A stretch of 64,000 nucleotides of DNA. Origin: a virus (taxonomy: Duplodnaviria; Caudoviricetes). This document shows, one piece after another, positions 8,858 through 18,902 of the stretch. The notes below the pieces were generated by a model that worked only from the letters and a program-made list of their open reading frames with translations, was not told the origin of the DNA and did no database searches. The translations under genes and the position numbers were made by a program. The first letter of the stretch is position 1, and each line of letters starts with the position of its first letter. Location of the stretch: the IMG/VR virus record IMGVR_UViG_2698537050_000003, positions 1 to 64,000 of that record, one strand, 5' to 3'.

Positions 8858-9366
8858 TGGCTGACGCCAGAGACAGCGCCAGCCCGCAAGCGGTGGTCTA
8901 TCAGCCGACGCCGACGCAGCATGAGAACGATCTGACGGCAACGACCGGGTTGCCGCCCGTCAAGCAATACGACGGTAGTCCGATTGATCCTCAATCGCCG
9001 AATCCAGCGGTGCCGCATCCGCCTGGGTCGCCGATCATCACATCGCTTGTGCCGACGACGGGCGCGCTGCCGAGCGCGCCCATCGCCCTGACAGTTGACG
9101 GCAGCGGATTCACCGCTGCCGCCAAGGTGATCTTCAACCAGAACGCCGTGGCGACAACCTTCGTGTCGTCCAGCCAGCTGACCTGCTCGGTCACGGCGGC
9201 GGCAGCTGGCAGCTATCCGGTCGAAGTCCACGACTCGGGCGGCTACAGCAACGTGCTGCAGTTCACCTTCACCGCAACAGCCGAAGACCAACCGCAAGCC
9301 AGTCGAGGCAGCACCAGAGGAGTGAAACGCGATGACCGACAAGACCCCAGCACCGAACACGGCTGA
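8857..9366 (+). CDS. IPT/TIG (Ig-like) domain protein, candidate head decoration
   Basis: PIITSLVP...LTVDGSGF...TTFVSSSQLTC...GSYPVEV...SNVLQFTFT. Confidence 0.75.
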   Translation: MADARDSASPQAVVYQPTPTQHENDLTATTGLPPVKQYDGSPIDPQSPNPAVPHPPGSPIITSLVPTTGALPSAPIALTVDGSGFTAAAKVIFNQNAVATTFVSSSQLTCSVTAAAAGSYPVEVHDSGGYSNVLQFTFTATAEDQPQASRGSTRGVKRDDRQDPSTEHG

Positions 9367-9634
9367 AGCCCAGCTTGCGAAAAGCAACGAGCAAAAGGCG
9401 CATGTGCTCGCGCAGCAGATCGAGCGCGAGAAATGGATGCCGACGCCGACGCAGCATGAGAACGACGCGCAGGCGATGGGCATGCCAGTCGAGAAAAAGC
9501 CGGACGGCAGTCCGGTCGAGGAGACGCCAGAGCAGCAGCGAACGAAACAGCTGGAAGCCAAAAAGCCGGAAGGCGACACGCGGCACATGGAAGCTGGCCG
9601 GGGCGCTGGTTATCAGACGCGCTCTGCCGGATAG
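9332..9634 (+). CDS. Hypothetical head-module protein
   Basis: GAGGAG RBS; shares PTPTQHEND...DGSP motif with upstream gene; ends YQTR. Confidence 0.7.
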   Translation: MTDKTPAPNTAEAQLAKSNEQKAHVLAQQIEREKWMPTPTQHENDAQAMGMPVEKKPDGSPVEETPEQQRTKQLEAKKPEGDTRHMEAGRGAGYQTRSAG

Positions 9635-9646
9635 CATTGCACGCGA

Positions 9647-11101
9647 ATGACCCCGCGCGGCTTGCTGGCTGCTGCCGTTCGCCCCTTGGCCGCGCTGGTC
9701 CGCGCGGTCGAGGGTGCGTATCGGCACGGTCCCTACTACCTGCCGGTCTCGGGCGGCTGGTTGTCGGCTGATGTCGGCAAGTATCTCAATTTCTGGCAGA
9801 TGGGTTATCGGCCCGAAGGGTCCGACGCCAGCTCGGCGATTGTCGAGGCCTGCGTCTCGGCCTATGCGCAGACGGTGGCGATGTGCCCAGGCGATCAATG
9901 GCGCAAAAACGTCAGGGGCGGTCGCACGCGGGTGACGAACACGGCGCTGTCGCGGCTGCTGCACACGCCGAACAGCTATCAGTCGAGTTCTGACTTCATG
10001 CTGATGCTGGTGCGCTGGCTGTATCTCGAAGGCAACGCCTATGCGCTGGCGATCCGCAACAACCGTTTTGAAGTCGCCGAGCTGCACCTGTTCAATTCGC
10101 GGATGTCGCGCCCGCAGGTGATCTATGACGGCAACACCGAGGACGCCAAGGCCAATATTTTCTATCGGCTCGCGGGCAACCAAGCGCTGAACCCGGTGAT
10201 GGGCCAGCAGATCATCGCGCCGCAGCGCGACGTGCTGCACATTCGCATGAACCCGAATCCGGCGCGGCATCCCTATCCGCTGTTCGGCGAGCCGCCATTG
10301 CTGGCGGCCATCAATGATCTCGCGGTCTATCAGACGATCATGCAGCAGCAGCTGCAGTTCTATGGCAATCAGGCGCGGCCCTCGGCGGTGTTGTCAACCG
10401 ATCTGGTGCTCGACAAGGATCAGGTGCAGGCACTGCGGGATCGCTGGGACGAGCAGAGCGCAAACCTCGGCATCGGCAAGACGCCGATCCTCACGGCGGG
10501 CCTCAAGGTGAACCCGTGGGGCGTTCCTGCAAAGGATGCCCAGCTCGCCGAAATGCTGAAGATGTCGTCCGAGCACATCGCGCTCGCGTATCGGATTCCG
10601 ATGCAGGTGCTCGGCCTGGGCGAAGGCTCTTTCCGCTCCACCGAGCTGCTGATGCAGAGCTGGATCGCGACCGGCCTCGGCTTTTGCCTGAACCACATCG
10701 AGGAATCCTACGGCTGCTTTTTCGGACTGAAAGGCCAGCCCGACGAATATGTCGAGTTCGACACTGCGGCGCTGCTGCGCTCGGCGCAGAAGGACCGCAT
10801 CGACGCACTGGCGCGCGGCGTTCAGGGCGGCATCTATGCGCCTAATGAGGCTCGGCAAAGCGAGGGCCTCGACCGGGTTCGTTACGGTGACGAGCCGCGC
10901 GTGCAGCAGCAAGTGGTGCCATTGAGCGCGGCGGCCAAGATTCCCGCAGCGCCCGCGCCTGCCGCGCCGCCATCGGCACCGCCAGCTGCTGAACCGAAAC
11001 CACCGCCTGCAGCAAAGGGCGACCGCGATGCAATCCAACGGGAACGACGAAACCTGCTTGCAACCGCCAACAGGATCGGACGAGGCCGACGCGCTTCTTG
11101 A
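9647..11101 (+). CDS. Portal protein (HK97 family)
   Basis: [50 protein letters not shown]. Confidence 0.92.
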   Translation: MTPRGLLAAAVRPLAALVRAVEGAYRHGPYYLPVSGGWLSADVGKYLNFWQMGYRPEGSDASSAIVEACVSAYAQTVAMCPGDQWRKNVRGGRTRVTNTALSRLLHTPNSYQSSSDFMLMLVRWLYLEGNAYALAIRNNRFEVAELHLFNSRMSRPQVIYDGNTEDAKANIFYRLAGNQALNPVMGQQIIAPQRDVLHIRMNPNPARHPYPLFGEPPLLAAINDLAVYQTIMQQQLQFYGNQARPSAVLSTDLVLDKDQVQALRDRWDEQSANLGIGKTPILTAGLKVNPWGVPAKDAQLAEMLKMSSEHIALAYRIPMQVLGLGEGSFRSTELLMQSWIATGLGFCLNHIEESYGCFFGLKGQPDEYVEFDTAALLRSAQKDRIDALARGVQGGIYAPNEARQSEGLDRVRYGDEPRVQQQVVPLSAAAKIPAAPAPAAPPSAPPAAEPKPPPAAKGDRDAIQRERRNLLATANRIGRGRRAS

Positions 11102-12578
11102 GGCGTGGCGCGAGGTTCTCGGCGGCGCGCTCGATGACGAGCGGGAGGACTGGCGGCGGCAGCGCGAGCTGATCGAGGCGCAGTGCACCGCCATCGTATC
11201 AACGCTGAAGGCGCAGGTGCTGGAGCTGGAGAAGTATGCCAAGCAACGGATCGATGACTGCCTTGCAGCTCTCAAGAGTGGCGCGGATGGCCGGGATGGC
11301 GATCAGGGACCTGCAGGCGAGCGCGGCGAGCAAGGCCCTGCCGGGGCCGCTGGCGAGCGCGGCGAGCGCGGTGAAGCAGGCCCGCAGGGCGAAGCAGGCC
11401 CTGCAGGCGAGCGCGGCGAGCAAGGGCCTGCCGGGGCCGCTGGTGAACCGGGGCAGCGCGGCGAGCAAGGGCCGCAGGGTGAACCGGGACCGCGAGGCCA
11501 GCGCGGCGAAGCAGGTCCGCAGGGCGAGCGCGGCGAGCAAGGGCCTGCCGGGGCCGCTGGTGAACCGGGGCAGCGCGGCGAGCAAGGGCCGCAGGGTGAA
11601 CCGGGACCGCGAGGCGAGCGCGGCGAAGCAGGCCCTGCAGGCGAGCGCGGCGAGCAAGGGCCTGCCGGGGCCGCTGGTGAACCGGGGCAGCGCGGCGAGC
11701 AAGGGCCGCAGGGCGAAGCAGGCCCTGCAGGCGAGCGCGGCGAGCAAGGCCCTGCCGGGGCCACAGGTGAGCCGGGGCTGCAGGGCATCCAAGGCCAGCA
11801 GGGCGAGCCGGGGCCAGCTGGAGAGCGCGGTGAGCGCGGCGAACAAAGCTTGCAAGGCGAGCGGGGCGAAGCAGGAGAACGAGGCGAACATGGCGAAAAA
11901 GGCGAAGCAGGCCCGCAAGGCGAAAAAGGTATCGCGGGCGAGCAAGGCGCTCGCGGCGATCAAGGTGTCCCCGGTGAAAAAGGCGCGCAGGGCGAGCGCG
12001 GTCAGGAAGGGAAGGACGGCAGGGACGGCGCGCTCCCGGTAGTCAAGCTATGGCGACCGAACCTTGTGCATTACGCGCGAGAGGTCGTCGCCTTCGACGG
12101 CGCGACGTTTCAGGCGCTCAAGGATACCGGCCAGCCGCCGACCAGCGAGGACTGGATTTGTCTCGCGACGGCTGGCCGCGACGGTCGCGATGGAGTCGAT
12201 GGTCATTCGCCGCACGTGCGCGGCACCCATCGCGAGGGCGACGAATACAAGGCGCTCGATATCGTGGCGCTGAACGGCGGCTCGTTCATCGCGCGCCGCG
12301 ATGATCCCGGCGAGTGCCCAGGCGATGGCTGGCAATCGCTGACGCTTCCCGGCAAGCGCGGCGCGAACGGACCAAGGGGCGAAGCAGGCCCGCAAGGCGA
12401 GCGTGGCCCCAAGGGCGAAGCGGGCCGATCAGCGCCCGAGATCACCGGCTGGGATATCGACCGCGACAATTACGCGATCAGCGCGGTGTTCAGCGACCAG
12501 ACCCGCAGCGCGCCGCTCGATCTGCGCGGCCTGTTTGAACAGTACCTGCTTGAACGGATCAACGTGCAACGAGGCTAG
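11028..12578 (+). CDS. Collagen-like (Gly-X-Y) phage protein with C-terminal aromatic repeats
   Basis: Long uninterrupted GXY tract; overlaps portal end by 74 nt. Confidence 0.85.
   Translation: MQSNGNDETCLQPPTGSDEADALLEAWREVLGGALDDEREDWRRQRELIEAQCTAIVSTLKAQVLELEKYAKQRIDDCLAALKSGADGRDGDQGPAGERGEQGPAGAAGERGERGEAGPQGEAGPAGERGEQGPAGAAGEPGQRGEQGPQGEPGPRGQRGEAGPQGERGEQGPAGAAGEPGQRGEQGPQGEPGPRGERGEAGPAGERGEQGPAGAAGEPGQRGEQGPQGEAGPAGERGEQGPAGATGEPGLQGIQGQQGEPGPAGERGERGEQSLQGERGEAGERGEHGEKGEAGPQGEKGIAGEQGARGDQGVPGEKGAQGERGQEGKDGRDGALPVVKLWRPNLVHYAREVVAFDGATFQALKDTGQPPTSEDWICLATAGRDGRDGVDGHSPHVRGTHREGDEYKALDIVALNGGSFIARRDDPGECPGDGWQSLTLPGKRGANGPRGEAGPQGERGPKGEAGRSAPEITGWDIDRDNYAISAVFSDQTRSAPLDLRGLFEQYLLERINVQRG
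11316..11775 (+). repeat. Near-identical tandem repeats (90/117/117/90 nt) in collagen tract
   Basis: GGCGAGCGCGGCGAGCAAGG unit starts at 11316, 11406, 11523, 11640, 11730. Confidence 0.9.
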
Positions 12579-12582
12579 AGCG

Positions 12583-13227
12583 ATGGCTGATCGTGTCGTC
12601 AAAGTCCTTACGCCATCGGATACCTATGATCTGCTGTCGCTCGATGAGCTGAAGGTGGCGATGGAGATTCCATCGACGGACAACTCGCAGGACGAACTGC
12701 TGTCGCAGTACATCACGCGCTATAGCGATGTGATCGCGACCACCTGCAACCGCGTATTCGCCTATGAAGAGGTCGCGGAAATCTGGCGCTGCACGAATGT
12801 CGATTACACCAACGGGATGAAGCGGCTTTTCGTCACACACTATCCCATCGATCCCGCAGCAACGATGACGCTCGAAAGCCCGAGCGGATCGGTGCTCGAT
12901 CCTTCGACTTACGCCGTTGAGGAAAAATCCGGCAAGATCGAACTGCTGCAGACCTGGGCCGAGCCGATCACCGTCACCTATAGCGGCGGCTACGACTTGC
13001 CAGAGGAGGCCCCGCCAGCGCTGAAGCAGGCCGCCGAGCTGATGATCCGCGAAGGCCAAGCGCTGGCGCAGCGCATGCTCAACAGCGGCGTGCGGTCGAT
13101 CAGCCATCGGGAATCGCGGGTGCAGTTCTTCGATCCGTTGACGCTGCTGACCAAGACCCAAGGCTTCGGCTTCGCCACCACGGCAGCGAACGCGCTGCTG
13201 ATGCACTACGTGCGGTTCGAGGTCTGA
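12583..13227 (+). CDS. Head-tail connector (gp6-like adaptor)
   Basis: LLSLDELK...D.LL..YI...CNRVF...TYSGGY.LP..AP.ALKQAA. Confidence 0.8.
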   Translation: MADRVVKVLTPSDTYDLLSLDELKVAMEIPSTDNSQDELLSQYITRYSDVIATTCNRVFAYEEVAEIWRCTNVDYTNGMKRLFVTHYPIDPAATMTLESPSGSVLDPSTYAVEEKSGKIELLQTWAEPITVTYSGGYDLPEEAPPALKQAAELMIREGQALAQRMLNSGVRSISHRESRVQFFDPLTLLTKTQGFGFATTAANALLMHYVRFEV

Positions 13228-13622
13228 TGTTCGAGATCAAGGTCGATGGCCTTGATGCGCTGCTGAAAAAGTTCGACCGCTTCGGCAAGCAAGTCGAGGA
13301 GCTGCAGCACAGCGTGCCGCAGGAGCTGGTGGATTGGCAGCGCGAGGACATGCGCCGCCGATATCCGAACATGACGACGACCAGCAGTGGGCACGAGACC
13401 GAAGCCAGCACCGAAATCTGGCCCCGCTCGCGGCGGCCTTCCAAGGACCAGCACCGTCCCCAGCATCAGGGACCGAAGGCGTATTCGATCATCCACGCCG
13501 CACCGAGCCAGCATCGCGGGCCGGTGCCGCGATCAACGCGCCCGATCCTGCGCGTGGAGCTGGTGCGCAAGCTGCACGACCGCATGGTCAAGCTGACAGC
13601 GGAGGCGATGAAATGGCCGTGA
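13227..13622 (+). CDS. Putative neck/tail completion protein
   Basis: MFEIKVDGLDALLKKF N-terminus as in HK97 gp10-like proteins; position; coupled start. Confidence 0.55.
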   Translation: MFEIKVDGLDALLKKFDRFGKQVEELQHSVPQELVDWQREDMRRRYPNMTTTSSGHETEASTEIWPRSRRPSKDQHRPQHQGPKAYSIIHAAPSQHRGPVPRSTRPILRVELVRKLHDRMVKLTAEAMKWP

Positions 13623-13969
13623 ACATGGACGTGCTGCTGCAGATTCCAACCTTCGACTTCTGGGCGATCCCGGTGACGTTCACGCCGCTGGCCTCGCAGC
13701 CAGGACAAGGTGCCTATCAGGGGCGCGGCATTCTCAATACCTACACCATCGACGTTCCCGGCATCGACGGTTCGCTCTATGCCGACCAGCGCACCATCCT
13801 CGACATTCGCGAAAGCGAGTTCGTGGTGCTGCCCGAGCAGAACGATCACGTCACCATCCCGCGCGACAGCAACAATGTGCCGAAGGGTACCTATCAGATC
13901 ATCAATTCGGTCAGCAACGGCGGCGGCCAGACCGTGCTGACGATCCGCAAGTACGAAACATTCGAGTGA
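13613..13969 (+). CDS. Head-tail joining (closure) protein
   Basis: GGAGG RBS; PVTFTP...GRGI...P.QND.V.I; position. Confidence 0.7.
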   Translation: MAVNMDVLLQIPTFDFWAIPVTFTPLASQPGQGAYQGRGILNTYTIDVPGIDGSLYADQRTILDIRESEFVVLPEQNDHVTIPRDSNNVPKGTYQIINSVSNGGGQTVLTIRKYETFE

Positions 13970-14613
13970 TGGGCATCACCGACACGCAGTCCTATTCGCT
14001 GGTGATCCGCGACGGCCTGTTCGATGCCGTCTCTACAGACCCGTTTTTCGCCAGCTACACCTGCCGCAAGAGCAAGATGCTCGCGGTGCAGACGCAGCTG
14101 CTGCCCTATCTCGGCGTCTACATCATCGACGAGACCATGCTGCCGGATGGCGATGGCAACAGCGGCCACATCCGGTTCAGCCACACGCTGCGGATCGGCT
14201 TCTCGGCGATGATCGCCAACAACGATCAGGTCGTCGCCGAGCTGATGGCCGATGCCGCCTATTGGCGCATCATGAACCGGCTGTGGCCCGACCAGAAGAT
14301 CATGAACGTGCTGCTGAGCAGCCTGCCCGACAACACGATGATCGAAAGCCTTCCGCGCGGCTCGCGCCGTCCGGTGTTCGGTGCCACGAACCTCGCCAAC
14401 GAAACGCCGATAGTCGAGATGCAGTACGACGTTTCGATCTTCTTCCGCACCGGCTGGCCGCCGACCATCACCGACGATCTCGACACCATCGACGTGATCA
14501 CGGGCGTGAAGAGCGGCGACACGCAGACCGAGATGGACCAGCGCCAGCAGATGCACGTCCGCTATCTGTTCAACGAACTTCGCAAGGCAATGACAAAGGA
14601 GACACCACGATGA
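13969..14613 (+). CDS. Putative tail terminator
   Basis: LPYLGVYI.DE pattern; position before sheath. Confidence 0.6.
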   Translation: MGITDTQSYSLVIRDGLFDAVSTDPFFASYTCRKSKMLAVQTQLLPYLGVYIIDETMLPDGDGNSGHIRFSHTLRIGFSAMIANNDQVVAELMADAAYWRIMNRLWPDQKIMNVLLSSLPDNTMIESLPRGSRRPVFGATNLANETPIVEMQYDVSIFFRTGWPPTITDDLDTIDVITGVKSGDTQTEMDQRQQMHVRYLFNELRKAMTKETPR

Positions 14614-14906
14614 GAGTCGTCAGCAAGGTAGCGCTGCGCGGCAAGCGCCAGCGCGAGCGCGTGCAGCAACTGGCCGACGCTGTGCCCAAAGGCATTCGGG
14701 TCGTTCCCGCCAAGGAAGAATATCGCGCGGTGCTGAAACATCCGCACGGCAGCAACTTTCCCGCCGAGGGCAGCGCGGAGTGGCCGGATGATCGCTTCAC
14801 CAAGCGCAGGCTCGCCGACGGCTCGGTGACCCGCGAGGCCGAACCGATGCGCGCGGACAAAGGACCACCGCGACCGCGACAAGACAAGGACCCGAGCGCT
14901 GCCTAG
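14610..14906 (+). CDS. DUF2635/Mu gp38-like small tail protein
   Basis: HP.G..FPAEG..EWPDD.F..RRLADGSV; AAGGAG RBS. Confidence 0.65.
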   Translation: MRVVSKVALRGKRQRERVQQLADAVPKGIRVVPAKEEYRAVLKHPHGSNFPAEGSAEWPDDRFTKRRLADGSVTREAEPMRADKGPPRPRQDKDPSAA

Positions 14907-14912
14907 AGGGCG

Positions 14913-15611
14913 ATGGCGGTGATCCAGAATGGATCGCCGGAATGCATCCTCTACTGGCTCTTCGATGATAGCTGCATCTGTTTATGGCGGCACGGCTACA
15001 TCGGAATCACAACAAACTGGATTAAGAGGCTGCAACGGCATCGCCGAACGATGGCGCGTGCCTTCCGGTTTGCGATTTTGTATCGCGGCTCCAAGCAAGA
15101 ATGCAGAAAGCTGGAGCATCAGCTGCGGCCTCACCGGCATATCGGATGGAATGTGGCTCCGGGCGGCAATCTGGCGCGGTTCGGTGCTCAACATTCCGAT
15201 GAGGCAAAGAAAAGGATGAGCATTGCGGCAACGCAACGCTCGCCGCCTTCAGAAGAAACACGGGAGCGACTTCGCATTGCAAGCACCGGGCGCACGAACA
15301 AGGGGCGCGTCGGACAGAAAAAATCCGAGCAAGAACGAGCGAAAATTTCTCGGAGCAAGACCGGCAAGAAAATGAGTGAAGAATTTTGTCGCAAAAATGC
15401 GGAAAGAAATCTGGGCAATACACACCATCGCGGCCATCGGCATTCGGAAGAAGCCAAGCAAACTATTTCGGCAAAAAAGATCGGCGTGCCGATCCACTCA
15501 GATGAGTTCAAGCAACGTCGTGCCGAACGCTGGAGAGGCAACACACTCACGAAAGGTCAACCGTGGTCCGCAGCACGTCGATTGGCGTGGTTGCAAAACA
15601 AGGAGAACTAA
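14913..15611 (+). CDS. GIY-YIG-like homing endonuclease with NUMOD3 repeats
   Basis: ILY...GYIGIT...RL..H, WNVAPGG, repeated HS.E.K..IS motifs; lower GC. Confidence 0.8.
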   Translation: MAVIQNGSPECILYWLFDDSCICLWRHGYIGITTNWIKRLQRHRRTMARAFRFAILYRGSKQECRKLEHQLRPHRHIGWNVAPGGNLARFGAQHSDEAKKRMSIAATQRSPPSEETRERLRIASTGRTNKGRVGQKKSEQERAKISRSKTGKKMSEEFCRKNAERNLGNTHHRGHRHSEEAKQTISAKKIGVPIHSDEFKQRRAERWRGNTLTKGQPWSAARRLAWLQNKEN

Positions 15612-15614
15612 ACC

Positions 15615-17180
15615 ATGCCGATCAGCTTTGCCAATATTCCCCAAAACATCAAGGTGCCGCTCTACTGGGTCGAAGTGGACCCTTCGATGGCGGGCCTGCC
15701 GACCATCAATCTGCGGGCGCTGCTGGTCGGCGTGAAGATCGCCGCAGGCGATGCGACAGATGACATCGCGATTCCGATTGGAAGTCAGGCGCAGGCCGAT
15801 CAGGCTTTCGGCGAAGGCTCCGAGCTGTCGCGGATGTTCAAGGCGTTCTTCGCCAACAACTTCGCGAATGAAGTCTGGGGCCTTCCGGCCAAGGAAACCA
15901 CCGGGGCGGCAGACGCCACCGGCACGATCACCGTCACCACGGTGCCGAGCGCCGCAGGCACCATCCATCTGTACATCGCTGGCGATCATGTGCCGGTCAA
16001 CGTCGCGACCACCGACACGATTGACACCATCGCCGCAGCCATCGCAGACGCCATCAACGCCGACGTGACGCTGCCGGTCACTGCTGTAGCGGCAGCCGCC
16101 GTTGTGACGCTGACATCGGTCTTCAAGGGCATCAACGCCAACGAGATCAGCGTGTCGATGAACTACTACGGGAGCCGTGGCGGCGAACAGACGCCGGTCG
16201 GCCTCGGCATCACGCTGCCTGCGACCGGCTTCCTGACGGGCGGCGTCGGCACACCCGACTTCACGAACGCTATCCTCAACCTGGGCGAGGAGCCGTTCGA
16301 GTATGTCGCGATGCCGTACACCGACTCCAACTCGCTGTTCGCGTGGGATCAGGAGTTCGGCTTCACCGATCAGGGCCGCTGGGGTTGGCAGCGCGAGCTG
16401 TTCGGCCATGTGTTCTCGGCCAAGCGCGGCCTCTATGCCGACCTGCTGCTGTTCGGTGACCAGTACAACTCTGGCGTCGAGTCAATCATGGGTTTCGAGG
16501 TGCCATCGCCATCGCCTTCGTTCGAGTGGGCGGCGGCTTACACCGCGAAAGCGCAGCGCGCCCTGATCAACGATCCGGCGCGACCGCTGCAGGCGCTGAC
16601 GCTGAACCAGATCAAAGCCGCCCCGATCCATCAGCGCTTCGACTTCGTGGAGCTGAACTCGCTGGCCTCGAATGGTCTCGCGATCCAGAAGATCGGCAGC
16701 GACAACCAGCCGATGATCGCGCGGGAGCAGACCACCTATCAGCTCAATCTCTATGGACAGCCCGACGATGCCTATGAGCTGGTGACTACGCTGGCCACGC
16801 TGGCGAAGGTGCTGCGCAATCAGAAATATGCGATCACGTCGAAATATCCGCGCCACAAGCTGGCCGACGACGGGACCAAGTTCGGTCCCGGCCAAGCCAT
16901 CGTCACACCCGGCATCATCAAGGCCGAGCTGATCTCGGAATATCAGCAGGATATGTACAACGGCCTTGTCGAGAACCTCGCCGCGTACAAGGCGCATCTC
17001 ATCGTTGAGCGCGATCCCAACGACCCGAACCGGGCCAACGTGCTGTATCCGCCCGACCTGATCAACCAGCTGCGCATCTTCGCGGTGCTGGCGCAGTTCC
17101 GGCTGCAGTACGACCGGGGCATCGACACAGCAATCATCGGACAGGCCCAGCCGCCGTTCAACGCGGCCTCGGGCGCCTAG
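15615..17180 (+). CDS. Tail sheath protein (Mu gpL-like)
   Basis: ISFANIP..IKVPL, FGEGSEL..M, DPARPLQ.L.L, KYPRHKLADDG, LINQLRIFA. Confidence 0.95.
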   Translation: MPISFANIPQNIKVPLYWVEVDPSMAGLPTINLRALLVGVKIAAGDATDDIAIPIGSQAQADQAFGEGSELSRMFKAFFANNFANEVWGLPAKETTGAADATGTITVTTVPSAAGTIHLYIAGDHVPVNVATTDTIDTIAAAIADAINADVTLPVTAVAAAAVVTLTSVFKGINANEISVSMNYYGSRGGEQTPVGLGITLPATGFLTGGVGTPDFTNAILNLGEEPFEYVAMPYTDSNSLFAWDQEFGFTDQGRWGWQRELFGHVFSAKRGLYADLLLFGDQYNSGVESIMGFEVPSPSPSFEWAAAYTAKAQRALINDPARPLQALTLNQIKAAPIHQRFDFVELNSLASNGLAIQKIGSDNQPMIAREQTTYQLNLYGQPDDAYELVTTLATLAKVLRNQKYAITSKYPRHKLADDGTKFGPGQAIVTPGIIKAELISEYQQDMYNGLVENLAAYKAHLIVERDPNDPNRANVLYPPDLINQLRIFAVLAQFRLQYDRGIDTAIIGQAQPPFNAASGA

Positions 17181-17224
17181 GGCGCTTACTCATGAATTTG
17201 AGCTTTATTGGTGCGGCTTGACCA

Positions 17225-17297
17225 ATGTCCGCTATGCTCCGATAGCGATAAAATTCCGCAGCGCAGCGAAATGACGCGATGTGCCAGATTCGGACAT
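17225..17297. repeat. Palindromic intergenic repeat, family A copy 1
   Basis: ATGTCCG...CGGACAT terminal inverted repeat; core GCGAAATGACGCG shared with 61144 and (reverse) 56533. Confidence 0.75.
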
Positions 17298-17315
17298 CAC
17301 GGTTGTAGTTATCTC

Positions 17316-17344
17316 AAACAAAAAGCCGCCCGAAGGCGGCTCTT
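17316..17344 (-). terminator. Rho-independent terminator for PEP-CTERM genes
   Basis: AGCCGCC-CGAA-GGCGGCT hairpin with A-run on its left (U-tract on minus strand). Confidence 0.75.
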
Positions 17345-17366
17345 AATCAAACCAGATGATCGATGA

Positions 17367-17948
17367 TCAGGCGGCCATCAATGCTCCCTTTGACTTCCGG
17401 CGATAGGCCATGAAGCCAACGCCAATAAATCCGAGGATCATCATCGCCCAGGTCGATGGCTCAGGGACTGCGCCGGCGAGCGTCAGATCACCGGTAATTG
17501 TTCTACAATCCTCAGCTTGACCACACAAACCACCCTCATCGACGACATAAGAAAAACCAGTCAACGGCATGGTTTGGCCGCTGAATAAACTTGCAGTATT
17601 CACCACAAGATCAAGGTAAGAGCGTGCGTTATAATCTTCGTTATATACGTTGAATTGATAATCTGAAGTATTTTCGAACGGACCCTGAGTAATACCGGGA
17701 CCCGGAACAATATTGAATAACTCAGAACCAGCCCTAATGCTCGCGCCGTCGACCTCTCCACCACCAACGCCATTTGTTATCACATCAACCGTGCCCGTGA
17801 GTTGGACCGACGGACCGCCCCCTGAGGGGGTGAACAAACCGTTCGTTAGCGTATAATCAAAAACTGCAGCTGAAGCCGGCGTTTGCGCCAGAATAATGAG
17901 CGCTGCGGCCAATGCCGTAGCACTGCTTTTCGTTTTTACGGAAACCAT
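17367..17948 (-). CDS. PEPxxWA-CTERM sorting domain surface protein
   Basis: Signal peptide; VPEPSTWAMMILGFIGVGFMAYRRK. Confidence 0.92.
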   Translation of the reverse strand: MVSVKTKSSATALAAALIILAQTPASAAVFDYTLTNGLFTPSGGGPSVQLTGTVDVITNGVGGGEVDGASIRAGSELFNIVPGPGITQGPFENTSDYQFNVYNEDYNARSYLDLVVNTASLFSGQTMPLTGFSYVVDEGGLCGQAEDCRTITGDLTLAGAVPEPSTWAMMILGFIGVGFMAYRRKSKGALMAA

Positions 17949-17961
17949 GATTGATGTCGTC

Positions 17962-18609
17962 CTATGCTATTTGCGGTGCGCCGATCTTCCGTCGACAGGC
18001 CATAAAGCCGAGGCCTGCGAAGCCAAGGATCATCATGGCCCAGGTGGACGGCTCAGGGGCGGCGGAGGCGTTGGCCGAAGCAAGTTCGACGTCGAAAAAA
18101 CTAAGTGTCGAAAAATCGTTGAACGATACACTTGTGATCGGAACCGAGGAGGTGAAACCTATAAAATCATGCGCGAGCAATGCTGGATAGGTGACAGTGT
18201 AACTATCTCCTGTACTCAGCGTAATGTTAAATTGTGGTGCTATTGGGTTATATTCTATCCCGAAGTCGAAAGCGATTGCGGTCGTGGAATCTGTGCTCAC
18301 TGTTAGATTGCTCTGGGTAAGCAGATCTGCCACGTGATCGTAATAACCAAAGTAACTGCGGTCCTGGGCGCCCTCGGCGAACATTCCCTGATCCGAGACG
18401 AACTTTACCGGCCCGACATTTACACTCGGATCAAACGTCGTGTAGCTATTGGCAGGCGCCAACCCGGCAACACCATACGTCGCAACACCGGTCGTCGCTG
18501 CATCGAATGCAGCGAGGCTGGTATATTCTATCGCGGCAGCATTGGCTGCTCCGGAAAAACTTATCAGCGCGGCCACGAGGGCCGCTGCGGCGCAGAGGCG
18601 GTTTCGCAT
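17962..18609 (-). CDS. PEPxxWA-CTERM sorting domain surface protein
   Basis: Signal peptide; APEPSTWAMMILGFAGLGFMACRRK. Confidence 0.92.
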   Translation of the reverse strand: MRNRLCAAAALVAALISFSGAANAAAIEYTSLAAFDAATTGVATYGVAGLAPANSYTTFDPSVNVGPVKFVSDQGMFAEGAQDRSYFGYYDHVADLLTQSNLTVSTDSTTAIAFDFGIEYNPIAPQFNITLSTGDSYTVTYPALLAHDFIGFTSSVPITSVSFNDFSTLSFFDVELASANASAAPEPSTWAMMILGFAGLGFMACRRKIGAPQIA

Positions 18610-18902
18610 TTTTGATCCTTTGGGTGGTGCTGGTGGGCACGATTCGGCGCGTCGATAGCAACCTCCTGCGAATGTTTAATCCAAATACTGGTCCCATTTG
18701 TTGCAGTATAATGCTTCGACCAGAGGTTTTATTACTTATTACTCGAAGCCCATGCAAGTTCAAATGCCAAAACGACGTTAAGGACTGGAACTTTTTGCGT
18801 GGATTTTTTCATTCCAGGGCGGCCCGGGTAAATTTAATCGGCTGCCATTGTGGTATTGGCAGGGCCCTGTAGTTCTTTCCCCAAAATCCCGCTTGGTAGA
18901 AG

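Noticed and set aside
11199-12042. Repetitive alternative-frame ORFs and a possible CRISPR-like array
   Set aside because: Repeats are in-frame collagen codons without unique spacers; no cas genes
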